From assembly GCA_039829995.1 (NCBI GenBank), contig CP140036.1, positions 290,239 through 354,238 on the forward strand: 64,000 nt of DNA. The letters are read 5' to 3'. The notes under the pieces are model-generated. The model ran no database searches and was not told the origin of the DNA. It saw only the letters and a list, made by a program, of their open reading frames with translations. The position numbers and the translations under genes were made by a program. How positions within the stretch are numbered: the stretch's first letter is position 1; each line of letters starts with the position of its first letter. Positions 44,175-55,862 of the stretch are shown piece by piece. The stretch is from Buchnera aphidicola (Nurudea yanoniella). Its GTDB lineage: Bacteria; Pseudomonadota; Gammaproteobacteria; Enterobacterales; Enterobacteriaceae.

Positions 44175-45884
44175 ATGCGTACAAAATATTGCGGAGAATT
44201 AAACATCAAAGACATAAACAAAATAGTAGTACTCTGTGGATGGGTAAATAAAATTAGAAATTTTGGAAAAATGTTATTTTTAGATATGAGAGATAGAGAA
44301 GGTATAATACAAGTATTTTTTCATAAATCATCTAAGGATTTGTTTAAAAAAGCAATTAATTTGAAAAATGAATATTGTATTCAAATAAAAGGAATTGTAA
44401 AAAAACGAGATAATAATAATAAAAATCTCAAATTAAATACTGGAGAAATAGAAGTTTTAGCATTAGAATTAAATATTTTTAATATATCACAGCCATTACC
44501 GTTAGATCTTAGCTATAAAAATTTAGATGAATTACGATTAAAATTTCGTTATTTAGATTTAAGACGATTTAAAATGACTCAGAATATGATAATAAGGAGT
44601 AAAATTACTAATTACATTAGATTATTCATGAATAAAAATAAATTTTTAGACATTGAAACTCCTTTATTAACGAGGTCTACACCAGAAGGCGCTCGCGATT
44701 ATATTGTTCCTAGTCGCATTCATAAAAACAAATTTTATTCTTTACCTCAATCTCCTCAACTATTTAAACAATTATTAATGATTTCTGGAATAGATAGATA
44801 TTATCAAATTGCAAAATGTTTTCGAGACGAAGATCTTAGATCAGATCGACAACCAGAATTTACACAAATCGATATTGAAGCTTCATTTATGAAAGGGGAA
44901 AAAATACGAAAAATTGTTGAAAAATCAATAAAATTTTTGTGGGAAAAAATATTAAAAATCGATTTAAGAGATTTTCCGGTTTTAACTTTTCATGAATCTA
45001 TGCAAATATACGGAACTGACAAACCTGATTTAAGAAATCCATTGCAACTTACAAATGTTACTGAAATTTCAAAAATAAAAGAAAATGATTTATTTTCCAC
45101 ATTTAAGTTTGAGAAGAATGATACAATAATTGCATTATGTATTCCTGGGGGATCCATTTTAGAAAATAATCAATTAAATAATTATAAAAAATTTATTAAG
45201 AATTACAGTGAAAAAGAATTATTTTTTATTAAAGTAAAAAATACACAAAACCAAAAAAACTTAGTTAAAAATGCATCACATAGAAATTACTTAAAAGAAT
45301 TATTCAAAAAAACTTGTGCAAAAAATGGTGATATTATATTTTTGCTTTTAGATTCTAAAAATAAAGTTAGTCATGCTATGAGTGAATTAAGAATAAAAAT
45401 TGGAAATGATTTAAATATCACAGAAAAAAAAATTTGGAAACCAGTATGGATTATTAATTTTCCATTATTTGTTCAAGATGAATTGAAAAATTATATTTCT
45501 ATGCATCATCCATTTACTGCTCCTAAAAATATAGACGATTTGATGTCAAAAGAAAAAATAAATCATAGTTTGTCACATTCATACGATTTAGTGATTAATG
45601 GATATGAAGTAGGAAGTGGATCTGAAAGAATTCACGATGAAAACACCCAAAGAATTATTTTTGATATATTAAAAATTGGTAAAAATGATCAAGACAAACA
45701 ATTTGGTTTTTTTTTAAAAGCGTTGCGTTTTGGAACTCCACCCCATGCTGGAATAGCGTTAGGACTAGACAGAATAGTTATGTTATTAACGTTTAGTAAT
45801 AATATTAGAGATGTAATTGCTTTTCCAAAAACTACTTCTGCTGCATGTTTAACAACAGAAGCTCCCAACGAACTAATAATTTAA
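44175..45884 (+). CDS. aspS: aspartate--tRNA ligase
   Basis: 569 aa. MRTKYCGELN aligns with E. coli MRTEYCGQLR. FRDEDLRSDRQPEFTQIDIE and GLDRIVMLL are present. Confidence 0.97.
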   Translation: MRTKYCGELNIKDINKIVVLCGWVNKIRNFGKMLFLDMRDREGIIQVFFHKSSKDLFKKAINLKNEYCIQIKGIVKKRDNNNKNLKLNTGEIEVLALELNIFNISQPLPLDLSYKNLDELRLKFRYLDLRRFKMTQNMIIRSKITNYIRLFMNKNKFLDIETPLLTRSTPEGARDYIVPSRIHKNKFYSLPQSPQLFKQLLMISGIDRYYQIAKCFRDEDLRSDRQPEFTQIDIEASFMKGEKIRKIVEKSIKFLWEKILKIDLRDFPVLTFHESMQIYGTDKPDLRNPLQLTNVTEISKIKENDLFSTFKFEKNDTIIALCIPGGSILENNQLNNYKKFIKNYSEKELFFIKVKNTQNQKNLVKNASHRNYLKELFKKTCAKNGDIIFLLLDSKNKVSHAMSELRIKIGNDLNITEKKIWKPVWIINFPLFVQDELKNYISMHHPFTAPKNIDDLMSKEKINHSLSHSYDLVINGYEVGSGSERIHDENTQRIIFDILKIGKNDQDKQFGFFLKALRFGTPPHAGIALGLDRIVMLLTFSNNIRDVIAFPKTTSAACLTTEAPNELII

Positions 45885-46050
45885 ATATTAAAATAGTCTT
45901 AAATAATTTAAAAACTCATAAAAAATGTAAAAATTTTATTAATTATTTCACATATTATTTAAAATTAAAAATTATAAAGTTCTTTGTATTTTTAATTTTT
46001 TAAAAACATATTTAAAAGATACTTTTATAAAAATAATTTTAAAAATTAAT

Positions 46051-46830
46051 TTATTTTATTATATATCCAACTAAAAATATACTAGTTGAAAATAATGCAA
46101 TAGAAGGACTAATAGGAATATTAAATAACATCGAAAATATTACTCCACCTGTTAACGAAATCATTCCTATTAAAATTGAAAAAAAAGCCATAATTTCAGG
46201 AGAAGAAGAAAAACTTTGTGCAGTTGCTGAAGGAATTAGTAATAATGATATAATAATTAAAGATCCTATAAATTTTATTGCAATACTAATGGTTAATGCA
46301 ATTAAAAAAATTAAAATAAAATTGATTCTTTGAATGTTAATTCCATCTACTTTAGCAAGATCTGAATTAATAGTGACTAAAAGCATAAGATTCCAATACT
46401 TTAATAAAATCATAAAAATAGAAAGAGAAATACAAAATATAAGAATTAAATCATGATTATTTATTTCTAATAAATTCCCGAATAAATAATTCGTAAATTG
46501 TGCTTTTTTAACATCAGATACTATACTCATAATTATCATTCCAAGAGATAACGAACTATAACCGATAATTCCAAGAATAGTATCTAAAGACAAAGACGAA
46601 TTATCGTCTAACCAATGTATAAACATGCCAAAACATAAAATTATTAAAAGAACTATATAAAATGGATGTATATTAAATAAAATAGAAAATGCAATACCTA
46701 ACAGTGAAGAATGTGACAAAGTATCTCCAAATGAAGACATACGACGCCAAATTATAAACGATCCAAGAGGCCCAGAAATTAAAGTCAAAAACATACCAGC
46801 TAACCATCCAGAAAAAATTAATTCGCACAT
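46051..46830 (-). CDS. znuB: zinc ABC transporter permease ZnuB
   Basis: 259 aa. GWLAGMFLTLISGPLGSFIIWRRMSSFGDTLSHSSLLG aligns with the E. coli ZnuB N-terminus. Confidence 0.93.
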   Translation of the reverse strand: MCELIFSGWLAGMFLTLISGPLGSFIIWRRMSSFGDTLSHSSLLGIAFSILFNIHPFYIVLLIILCFGMFIHWLDDNSSLSLDTILGIIGYSSLSLGMIIMSIVSDVKKAQFTNYLFGNLLEINNHDLILIFCISLSIFMILLKYWNLMLLVTINSDLAKVDGINIQRINFILIFLIALTISIAIKFIGSLIIISLLLIPSATAQSFSSSPEIMAFFSILIGMISLTGGVIFSMLFNIPISPSIALFSTSIFLVGYIIK

Positions 46831-46869
46831 ATCTTATTATATTCTCTTGATATTAAGTCTAATACGATT

Positions 46870-47580
46870 TTAAAAATCATGAAAATGATTATGTTTATGA
46901 TGATATAAAGCTAATTTATTTTTTTCTAAGTGTCCAAAAATAGCAATAAACTTAGAATTTTTAGATATCACTTCTGGAGATCCTGAACAACAAATATGTT
47001 TGTTAAGACAAATAACTTCGTCAGTATTAAACATAACCAAGTTTAAATTATGTGACACAATTAAAATAGAACAGTTTAGTTCCCTTTTTATGTTATTGAT
47101 TAATTTATAAAAAATAGTTTGACCTAATACATCAATTCCTTGAGTAGGTTCATCTAAAACTAGTAACTGAGGATTGTTTAATAACGCACGAGCTAATAGT
47201 ATTTTTTGCATTTCTCCACTAGACAAATTTTTTAATAAAACATTTTGTAAATGAGTAGCATTTACACGTTCTAATATTTTTAAGGGATATTCTTTGCATT
47301 GAGAAAGATTCATAAATTTATTTACAGTTATAGGAAGAGTCGTATTAAAACTTAGTTTTTGAGGCATATATCCAATGCGGAAACTACTATTGTATAGTAC
47401 TTCTCCTTTATGAGGACGCAATAATTTTAATATCACCTTAACTAAGGTAGATTTTCCTGCTCCATTAGGCCCTATCAACGTCAAAATATAATTTGATTTT
47501 AATTCTAATGAGATATTAGACAGAATTTTTACTTTATTAAATTTAACTGAGACATTTTTTACAGAAACAAATAAAGACAT
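46870..47580 (-). CDS. znuC: zinc ABC transporter ATP-binding protein ZnuC
   Basis: Walker A GPNGAGKST, signature LSSGEMQK, Walker B LLVLDEPTQG and a C-terminal His-rich tail HHKHNHFHDF. The ORF-track start at 47589 is a TTG; the ATG is at 47580. Confidence 0.9.
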   Translation of the reverse strand: MSLFVSVKNVSVKFNKVKILSNISLELKSNYILTLIGPNGAGKSTLVKVILKLLRPHKGEVLYNSSFRIGYMPQKLSFNTTLPITVNKFMNLSQCKEYPLKILERVNATHLQNVLLKNLSSGEMQKILLARALLNNPQLLVLDEPTQGIDVLGQTIFYKLINNIKRELNCSILIVSHNLNLVMFNTDEVICLNKHICCSGSPEVISKNSKFIAIFGHLEKNKLALYHHKHNHFHDF

Positions 47581-47926
47581 ATTTATCAAAAAATAATATT
47601 AAATTTATCAGTTTAATATGCTATCATAAAATCTTATTTATTTAAAATAAAAAATCATAAGAGTTATTTTTAACTACAAGATATTTATTCATGTATATAT
47701 GTGTGTAATTCTTACAAAAAATAAAAAATAATAAAATATTACAAATTTTTAAAAATATTACAAAAATCAGTGATAACGAAAAACTTAAAAACTGCACATT
47801 CTTAAACATTTAAAATTTAAATTTCTTTATAAAAAACAGTTTAAAAATAAATAAACAAATATAATAAAACACTTCATTAAAATATTTTTTGTTTATAATT
47901 TATAATAAATATAGGAAAAACAAAGT

Positions 47927-49126
47927 GTGTTATATAAACTTAAAAATATTTTTTTTATTTTTATAGAAAAATATACAAATTTAAAAAAATTTTTAACAAT
48001 TATGATTTTCTTTGTAACAATTATGAATTGTAATACAAAACACAATAACATAATTAAATCTAAAAACAAATATGAAAATACAGTCAAAAAAAATAAAAAA
48101 GATGTTTATAAAAATATAATTCATAAAAAATCTATAAAAAAATTTTTTTTAAAAGAACATTATTTTCCATGTTCTCAAAAAAATAATACATCTTTTATCT
48201 TTTTAAACAATTTTTTTTCTTTAAATAAAATTTTAAAACCACTATATTCAACAAATATATTTAAAAAAAGAAATATAAATTTTTATAAATTATCAAAAAA
48301 CAATATACATTATTTAATTAGTAAAAATATTTTTATGCATGGAACACAAAAATATTGCGAATACATAAGTATTAAAGGACAATTAAATACTGATTTCATA
48401 AAAAAATCTAAAAATTCTGGATTAGATATAAATGAAATTAAAAATATAATAAGTATTATCAAATATCAAATTCATTACCATCAATTAAACTTTTATAACC
48501 AATTTAGTATTCTAATTAAAAAGAATATTTTTGACGAAAAAATTTATAAAAATAAAATTATAGGATTAAAAATATATAATAGCTCTATTAATTATTATGG
48601 AATATTAGCAAAAAACGGAAAATTTTATGATCAAAAAGGATATAGCTTAATGGGAGTATTTCTTAAATTTCCAGTTTTAAAAAAATATCGAATTTCTTCA
48701 AATTTTAATCCAAATAGATTAAATCCAATAACAAAAAAAATTTCCCCACATCAAGGTGTAGATATAGCTGTACCAATAGGAACTCCCATACTTTCAATAG
48801 GAAATGGAGAAATTATAAAAACTAAATCTAGTATAGCTGCAGGAAAATACATTACCATCAAACATAACGTTCAATATACAAGTAGATATATGCATTTGAA
48901 AAAAATATTAGTAAAAGTAGGAGATATAGTAAAGAAAGGTGAAAAAATTGGATTATCCGGAAATACAGGCTATTCGACAGGCCCACATTTACATTATGAA
49001 ATATGGGAAAAGAACAAAGTTGTCAATCCAGAAAAATTAATAATTTTAGAAAAATTGTCGGAAAAAGATCTTAAAACATATTTACAACTTTCAAAAAAAA
49101 TATTTACTTTTCTTAAAAAACTTTAA
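47927..49126 (+). CDS. mepM: M23/LytM murein DD-endopeptidase MepM (YebA)
   Basis: The C-terminal half is collinear with E. coli MepM (FRISSNFNPNRLNPITKKISPHQGVDIAVPIGTPI, TSRYMHLKKILVKVGD, LSGNTGYSTGPHLHYEIW). GTG start with AGGA 8 nt upstream, followed by a TM segment. An alternative ATG lies at 48002. Confidence 0.85.
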   Translation: MLYKLKNIFFIFIEKYTNLKKFLTIMIFFVTIMNCNTKHNNIIKSKNKYENTVKKNKKDVYKNIIHKKSIKKFFLKEHYFPCSQKNNTSFIFLNNFFSLNKILKPLYSTNIFKKRNINFYKLSKNNIHYLISKNIFMHGTQKYCEYISIKGQLNTDFIKKSKNSGLDINEIKNIISIIKYQIHYHQLNFYNQFSILIKKNIFDEKIYKNKIIGLKIYNSSINYYGILAKNGKFYDQKGYSLMGVFLKFPVLKKYRISSNFNPNRLNPITKKISPHQGVDIAVPIGTPILSIGNGEIIKTKSSIAAGKYITIKHNVQYTSRYMHLKKILVKVGDIVKKGEKIGLSGNTGYSTGPHLHYEIWEKNKVVNPEKLIILEKLSEKDLKTYLQLSKKIFTFLKKL

Positions 49127-49180
49127 TAGACACTGTAAATTAAAAATAAAAAACCTAATATATTTTATCTAAACAATTAA

Positions 49181-50629
49181 TTATACTTGTAAGATTCTGC
49201 TAGTATTAGTTGTTCCAATTTTTCCCATAACATCTCCTTGCGTAATAATTACTAAATTTCCATCATTTAAAAACCCTTTTTCTTTTAATAAAATAATTGC
49301 ATCATTAGCGGCAGATACACCTGAATTTTTGCTATTAAAAAATATTGGAGTAACTCCACGATACAACGATGTAAGTCTTAAAGTTTTAATCTCAGAAGAC
49401 AAAGCAAAAATAGGAAGTCCTGAAGTAATTCTAGACGTCATTAAAGCGGTTTTTCCTGATTTTGTCATAGTAATAATTGCTGTAATTCCTTGTAAATGAT
49501 TAGCTGTATACATAGCTGACATAGCAATTGCTTCTTCAATATCATAAAATTTATCATTTAATCGATGACGAGATACGTTTATACTTGGCATCTTTTCAGC
49601 TCCTGTACAAATTTTAGACATCATTTGAATTGTTTCGATCGGATATTTTCCAGAAGCTGTTTCTGCTGATAACATTACAGCATCACTACCATCCAAAACA
49701 GCATTAGCAACATCCATAACTTCTGCTCTAGTAGGCATAGGATGAATAATCATGGATTCCATCATTTGTGTTGCTGTTATAACAACCCTATTCAATTGTC
49801 TAGCACGTCTAATCAAAATTTTTTGAACTCCAACTAATTCAGAATCTCCTATTTCTATACCTAAATCTCCTCTAGCTACCATAATAGCATCCGATGCTAA
49901 TATAATATCGTCTATGATACTTTGATTAGCTACTGCTTCAGCACGTTCTATTTTTGCAATTATTTTAGCTGAACTTCCAGATTCCAAAGCCAAATTACGT
50001 GCAAGATTTAAATCTTCGCTGCAACGAGGAAAAGAAATTGCTAAATAATCTACTCCAATATTAGAAGCAATTTTTATATCTTTTTTATCTTTTTCGGTTA
50101 ATGTATCAGCTGACAACCCTCCCCCTAACTTGTTAATTCCTTTATTATTAGATAACATTCCTCCTACAATTACTTGAGTAAATATTTTATTACCTATTAT
50201 ATTTGTTACTTTTAATTGAATTCTTCCATCATCTAACAATAAAATATCGCCTCCAGAAACATCATTTGATAATTTTTTGTAATCTACTCCTACTTGTTTT
50301 TCATTTCCTTTATTTTTATCGAAATCAACGTCCAATATGAATGTATCGTTTAAATTAAGGAAAATTTTATTTTTTTCAAATTTTGAAATTCGAATTTTAG
50401 GACCTTGTAAATCACCTAGTAACGCAATGTATACTCCTAGTTTTTTCATAATATTTTTGGCATTTTTAGCTCGAAGCTCATGTTCTTTTTGAGTACCATG
50501 AGAAAAATTTAACCTAATAACGTTAACACCAGATTTTATCATATTCTCAAGAATAGTATTATTATCTGTAGAAGGGCCCAAAGTAGCAACAATTTTAGTT
50601 CGTTTAAACTGATTTTTTATGCGTTTCAT
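49181..50629 (-). CDS. pykA: pyruvate kinase II
   Basis: 482 aa with [24 protein letters not shown] and a PykA-like N-terminus. Confidence 0.96.
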   Translation of the reverse strand: MKRIKNQFKRTKIVATLGPSTDNNTILENMIKSGVNVIRLNFSHGTQKEHELRAKNAKNIMKKLGVYIALLGDLQGPKIRISKFEKNKIFLNLNDTFILDVDFDKNKGNEKQVGVDYKKLSNDVSGGDILLLDDGRIQLKVTNIIGNKIFTQVIVGGMLSNNKGINKLGGGLSADTLTEKDKKDIKIASNIGVDYLAISFPRCSEDLNLARNLALESGSSAKIIAKIERAEAVANQSIIDDIILASDAIMVARGDLGIEIGDSELVGVQKILIRRARQLNRVVITATQMMESMIIHPMPTRAEVMDVANAVLDGSDAVMLSAETASGKYPIETIQMMSKICTGAEKMPSINVSRHRLNDKFYDIEEAIAMSAMYTANHLQGITAIITMTKSGKTALMTSRITSGLPIFALSSEIKTLRLTSLYRGVTPIFFNSKNSGVSAANDAIILLKEKGFLNDGNLVIITQGDVMGKIGTTNTSRILQV

Positions 50630-51017
50630 ATTTGTAATATTTTATATAATTATTAAAATTAAATGTTGAATCAAATTTGTATTTAAAAAGTTTTTTATTT
50701 TTCAATAACGTTTAGATTCAAATGCACTGTTATAAAAAATTAATTTTAAATGATAAATATATCATTTCAAAAATTATTTTTATTTAGATAAAATCAAGAA
50801 ATTTTATTTTTATTTGATGTAATGCTACTATACATTATTATACGTACTAAATAAATAATAATTACATTTATTCTATGCCACAAAAATTTAAAAAATCTCA
50901 TATATTATCTTTTTATTTCGTAAAAACTATTTTAAATAAAATTACAATCACAGACATTGCATCACACTAAAAATGTCAATTAAAATATTCAAAACTTAAA
51001 ATAACAAGGAAATAATT

Positions 51018-52481
51018 ATGAACAATATAAATACTACATGTGATTTGGTTATATTTGGTGCAAAAGGAGATCTCTCTTGCAGAAAATTATTACCTTCTCT
51101 ATATCAATTAGAAAAAAATAAAAAATTATCAAAAGATATGCGAATTATAGGTGTAGGACGAGCTCAGTGGGACAAAAAGGATTATCTAAAAATCGTTAGA
51201 CAATCATTAAAAAAATTTATGAAAGAAAAAATAGAAGAAGATATATGGAAAGTATTTTCTTTTAGGTTTGAATTTTGTAATCTTGATGTAAATAATACCA
51301 ATAATTTTTTTGAGTTAAAAAAAATGTTTCATGATATAAACAAATTAATTATATATTATTTTGCAATGCCACAAAACACATTTAGTGCAATTTGCAAAGG
51401 ATTAAAAAAAACACGTTTAAATGTTGAACCTTCCAGAATCATAATAGAAAAACCTTTAGGATCTTCGTTGAAAACATCTAAAAAAATAAATTCTGACATT
51501 AGTAAATATTTTAAAGAAAATCAAGTTTTTCGTATTGATCACTATCTAGGAAAAGAAACAATATTAAATTTGTTAACTTTTAGATTTTCTAATTCACTTT
51601 TTTATTATAATTGGAATAATAATTTTATTGATCATGTTCAAATAACTATTTCTGAAGATATAGGAGTTGAAGGAAGAAACGAGTATTTTGACAACGCAGG
51701 TCAAATTAGAGATATGGTACAAAATCACATGTTACAAATATTAACTACTATAACGATGTCTCAACCTATTGATTTATGTTCTAATAGCATTAAAGACGAA
51801 AAGATAAAAATCTTGCAAGCATTACGTCCATTTAAAGATACCAATATCCAAGAAAAAATAATATTGGGTCAATATTCATCAAATGTTATAAATGGAAAAA
51901 AAATATCTTCATATTTAGAGGATATAGGAAAAAATTCATCTAGCAATACTGAAACATTTGTATCTATGAAAGTAAATATCGATAATAAACAATGGATTGG
52001 AGTACCATTTTATTTGCGAACAGGGAAAAGAATGCTAAAAAAACATTCAGAAATAGTTATATCTTTTAAGCATAGTTCTACTAACATCTTTAATAAAAAT
52101 TATCCAAATTTACCTACAAATAAAATAATTATATTTTTACAACCAAACGAAGGAATAACCATTAAAATTTTAAACAAATTTCCAGAATTAGAATTTAACT
52201 ATAAATTAAATACAATTGATTTAAATTTTAATTATGCTAAACATTTTAAATCCTTAAAGTTATTTGACGCATATGAAAGATTATTATTAGAAAGTATACG
52301 CGGAAATCATTCCTTATTTGTAAGACGAGATGAAGTAGAATTAGCTTGGAATTGGATTGATTCAATATTTGATGCTTTAAAGTTAAAAAAACAACCACTA
52401 TTTTTATATCCTTCTGGAACATGGGGACCTATTTCTTCTAATGATATGCTTAAAAAAGATGGATATAATTGGAATGAGTGA
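51018..52481 (+). CDS. zwf: glucose-6-phosphate 1-dehydrogenase
   Basis: 487 aa. CDLVIFGAKGDLSCRKLLPSLYQLEK is nearly identical to E. coli. RIDHYLGKE is present. Confidence 0.97.
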   Translation: MNNINTTCDLVIFGAKGDLSCRKLLPSLYQLEKNKKLSKDMRIIGVGRAQWDKKDYLKIVRQSLKKFMKEKIEEDIWKVFSFRFEFCNLDVNNTNNFFELKKMFHDINKLIIYYFAMPQNTFSAICKGLKKTRLNVEPSRIIIEKPLGSSLKTSKKINSDISKYFKENQVFRIDHYLGKETILNLLTFRFSNSLFYYNWNNNFIDHVQITISEDIGVEGRNEYFDNAGQIRDMVQNHMLQILTTITMSQPIDLCSNSIKDEKIKILQALRPFKDTNIQEKIILGQYSSNVINGKKISSYLEDIGKNSSSNTETFVSMKVNIDNKQWIGVPFYLRTGKRMLKKHSEIVISFKHSSTNIFNKNYPNLPTNKIIIFLQPNEGITIKILNKFPELEFNYKLNTIDLNFNYAKHFKSLKLFDAYERLLLESIRGNHSLFVRRDEVELAWNWIDSIFDALKLKKQPLFLYPSGTWGPISSNDMLKKDGYNWNE

Positions 52482-52877
52482 TAAATAACATTTCGCAATA
52501 ATTGTTTATTAATGTAAAATTAAAAATTAGACATGTATTAAGAAATTAAATAATATGTTATGCATTTGTCAGCATTAAACAAGTTCTTTTATAAACTGCA
52601 TAAATATAATCGCATTTCTATAGAATGCACATTGTTGATTAACAACTAAAAAATACATGTAAAATATTTTTTACTAAAAACACATTTTTATTTTAAAATA
52701 TATTAATCTAAAAAATTAAATTTATAAAATTAAAGCAATTAGATATTAAAATCTTAGAAATTTACAAATTTAATTAAAGTATTAAAAAATAAAATATTTT
52801 AATTAAACACTTAAATTATAAACTATAATATATAACATTTGTACAGAAATTGTAAAAAAGTTTAAGGGAAAAATATA

Positions 52878-53753
52878 ATGCGCATAATTCTTTTTTTATT
52901 TACTAACTTAGCAGTTATATGTGTTTTCGGCTTTATTTTAAGTATTACTGGAATTAAATCTGCAAGCATAACAGGATTACTAATTATGTCTATAATATTT
53001 GGATTTAGTGGTTCTATAATATCATTATTAATGTCAAAATGGATTGCACTACGATCTGTAAACGGACAAATAATACATTATCCTAATAATGAAACTGAAA
53101 GTTGGCTAATAAACACTGTTGAAGAACAATCTAGAAAAATAGGTATATGTACACCCGAAGTAGCAATATATCATGCTCCAAATATAAATGCATTTGCTAC
53201 AGGAGCAAGACGTAATTCTGCCTTAGTTGCTGTTTCTACGGGATTATTAGATAGTATGAATAAAAGCGAAGCTGAAGCAGTCATAGCTCATGAAATTACT
53301 CATATAGCCAATGGAGATATGATTACTATGACATTATTACAAGGAATAGTAAATACCTTTGTGATTTTTGCATCTAGAATTGTTGCTCAAATAGTTTCAT
53401 TTTTTCTATCAGGCGAAAAAAATGATAGTAGTTATTCAAGGGGAAATACTTGGACATACATAATATCTTCAACTGTTTTAGAGTTAATCTTCGGTATTTT
53501 TGCTAGTATAATTACTATGTGGTTTTCTAGACATCGCGAATTTTATGCTGATGCTGGATCTGCTAAATTAGTAGGAAAAAATAAAATGATCGCTGCGTTA
53601 GAAAAATTAAAATTAAGTCACGAACCTCAAGAACCTAGTAACATGATAGCATTTTGTATTAATGGAAAATCTAACCATTTTTTAAATTTATTTATGTCTC
53701 ATCCATCATTAGAAAAACGCATTCATGCTTTGTATAATAGAGAATATATGTAA
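52878..53753 (+). CDS. htpX: membrane zinc metalloprotease HtpX
   Basis: 291 aa. [18 protein letters not shown] aligns with E. coli MMRIALFLLTNLAVMVVFG. The [10 protein letters not shown] (HExxH) motif is present. Confidence 0.96.
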   Translation: MRIILFLFTNLAVICVFGFILSITGIKSASITGLLIMSIIFGFSGSIISLLMSKWIALRSVNGQIIHYPNNETESWLINTVEEQSRKIGICTPEVAIYHAPNINAFATGARRNSALVAVSTGLLDSMNKSEAEAVIAHEITHIANGDMITMTLLQGIVNTFVIFASRIVAQIVSFFLSGEKNDSSYSRGNTWTYIISSTVLELIFGIFASIITMWFSRHREFYADAGSAKLVGKNKMIAALEKLKLSHEPQEPSNMIAFCINGKSNHFLNLFMSHPSLEKRIHALYNREYM

Positions 53754-53826
53754 ATAATATTTTTAAAAAATTAATGATATACATTCATTTAATTAAAAAT
53801 TTTTATTGTTCATAAAAAAAGTTATC

Positions 53827-53856
53827 TACGAATTTTAAAAAAATATTTCGTATTTT
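53827..53856 (+). terminator. weak candidate intrinsic terminator after htpX
   Basis: TACGAA-ttttaaaaaaatat-TTCGTA followed by TTTT. The stem is only 6 bp. Confidence 0.3.
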
Positions 53857-54223
53857 ATCAATTTTTCAAATTCTTGTAATAAAATAAATTTATAAATGTT
53901 ATAAAATTTAAAAAATATATAATTAAACTTATTAAGTGTAAAATGTACTATATATCATACATACTTAAAATAATGTAATTTTTAAAAATATTTAAAAAAT
54001 GAACTTTAACTTGTAATATTATATTATATTAATATATATAACTTTGATTTTTTATATAAAAAATATTCTTTACTTAAATAAAATTTAACTATAAATATTA
54101 ATATGAAAATTAATTAATAAACAGAGGAAATGTTTTTGTTAAAATAATATAAAAAATGATATAATAAATTACTTATTAAAAAAAATAAATTTTGTTCTGT
54201 CCTATTATTTTACGGAGTTTCTA

Positions 54224-55795
54224 ATGGAATTTTTTTTAGATCCGTCAATCTGGGCAGGTCTATTAACACTAATTATACTAGAAGTAGTATTAGGAATCGA
54301 CAATATAATATTCATAGCTATTTTATCAGAAAAATTACCGCCACATAGACAAGATAAAGCTCGTTTAATGGGTTTGAGTTTAGCCCTTTTTATGAGATTA
54401 AGTTTACTTTCTCTTATGTCATGGATGATTACATTAAAATCCATAATTATTAGAAATTCATATTTTTCTTTTTCAGGAAGAAATTTAATATTGTTAATTG
54501 GTGGATTATTTTTATTATTTAAAGCAACCATAGAACTACATGAAAGGCTAGATAATAATATTCATAGAGATGAAAGCAATAAAAATTATGCTAGTTTTTG
54601 GACCGTAATAATTCAAATTGTTATTTTAGATGCTGTTTTTTCATTAGATTCTATTATTACCGCTGTTGGTATGATAAATAATTTACCAATTATGATGATA
54701 GCAGTAGTTATAGCTATGGCTTTAATGGTATTAGCTTCCAAACCGTTAGTAAAATTTATAAATTCACATCAAACAGTAGTAGTATTATGTTTAAGTTTTC
54801 TTTTGATGATAGGCATTGGTTTAGTATCAGAATCACTTGGATTTTTTATACCAAAAGGATATTTGTATTCTGCTATTAGTTTTTCTATTATTATAGAATT
54901 ATTTAATCAAATTGCACGCCGTAACTTTATTCGACATCAATCCCGAAGACCTATGCGACAAAGAGCAGCAGAAGCAATATTAAGACTTATGATTCGAGAT
55001 CCATTTAAAAATCCTGATAAAATATTAATTAAAAATAGAAAAGAAAAAAAAAATATATGTATGTCTTCTTCTCACACAGAAGAATTCAAAGAAGAAGAAA
55101 AATATATGATAAATAGTGTCTTAACGTTAGCTGCTAGATCTATCCGAAGTATTATGACTCCTAGAAGTGAAATTTCATGGGTAGATATACAACAACCAAT
55201 TTCTAAAATTCGTACCCAATTACTCGATACTCCTCATAATTTATTTCCAATTTGTAAAGGACAATTAGACGAAGTAATAGGAGTTGTACGCGCTAAAGAA
55301 CTACTCGTAGAAATAGAAAATAAAATTAATACAATCAAATTTTCTTCTGTGATTCCTCCAATAATCATACCAGATACTATTGATTCGATAAACTTAATTG
55401 GAGTATTAAGAAAATCTAAAGGTAGTTTAGTTATTGTTACAAATGAGTTTGGAGTGGTACAGGGTCTAATTACTCCATTAGATGTACTGGAAGCAATTGC
55501 TGGAGAATTCCCAGATGCAGATGAAACACCTGATATTATTTTTGATAAAGATGGATGGTTAGTAAAAGGTGGAACAGATTTACATTCTTTACAACAATGT
55601 TTAAATGTAAATAATTTAATTAAAGAAAAAGAAGAAAGTTATGCTTCTTTAGCTGGCTTGTTAATTTCTCAAAAAGGCAGATTACCGTTACCAGGAGAAA
55701 CAATATATATTCCTCCTTTAACATTTTATATTGTAGAAGCAACACAATATCGTGTAAATTTAGTTCGAATTACAAAAGAAAAATCCCTTAAATAA
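54224..55795 (+). CDS. yoaE: TerC-family membrane protein with CBS/CorC domains (YoaE)
   Basis: 523 aa. [34 protein letters not shown] aligns with E. coli YoaE [40 protein letters not shown] Shine-Dalgarno sequence upstream. Confidence 0.92.
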   Translation: [523 protein letters not shown]

Positions 55796-55862
55796 TGAAA
55801 ATATAATTTATAATTATCACATTTTCAAAATGACAGTATATTTTAAAAAGATAAAAATCAAT

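Noticed and set aside
47733-47764. 13-bp direct repeat AAAATATTACAAA occurring twice, 19 bp apart, in the znuC-mepM spacer, considered as a regulator-binding site (Zur box).
   Set aside because: It is not palindromic, bears no resemblance to the Zur consensus, and is a low-complexity A/T repeat of a length expected by chance.
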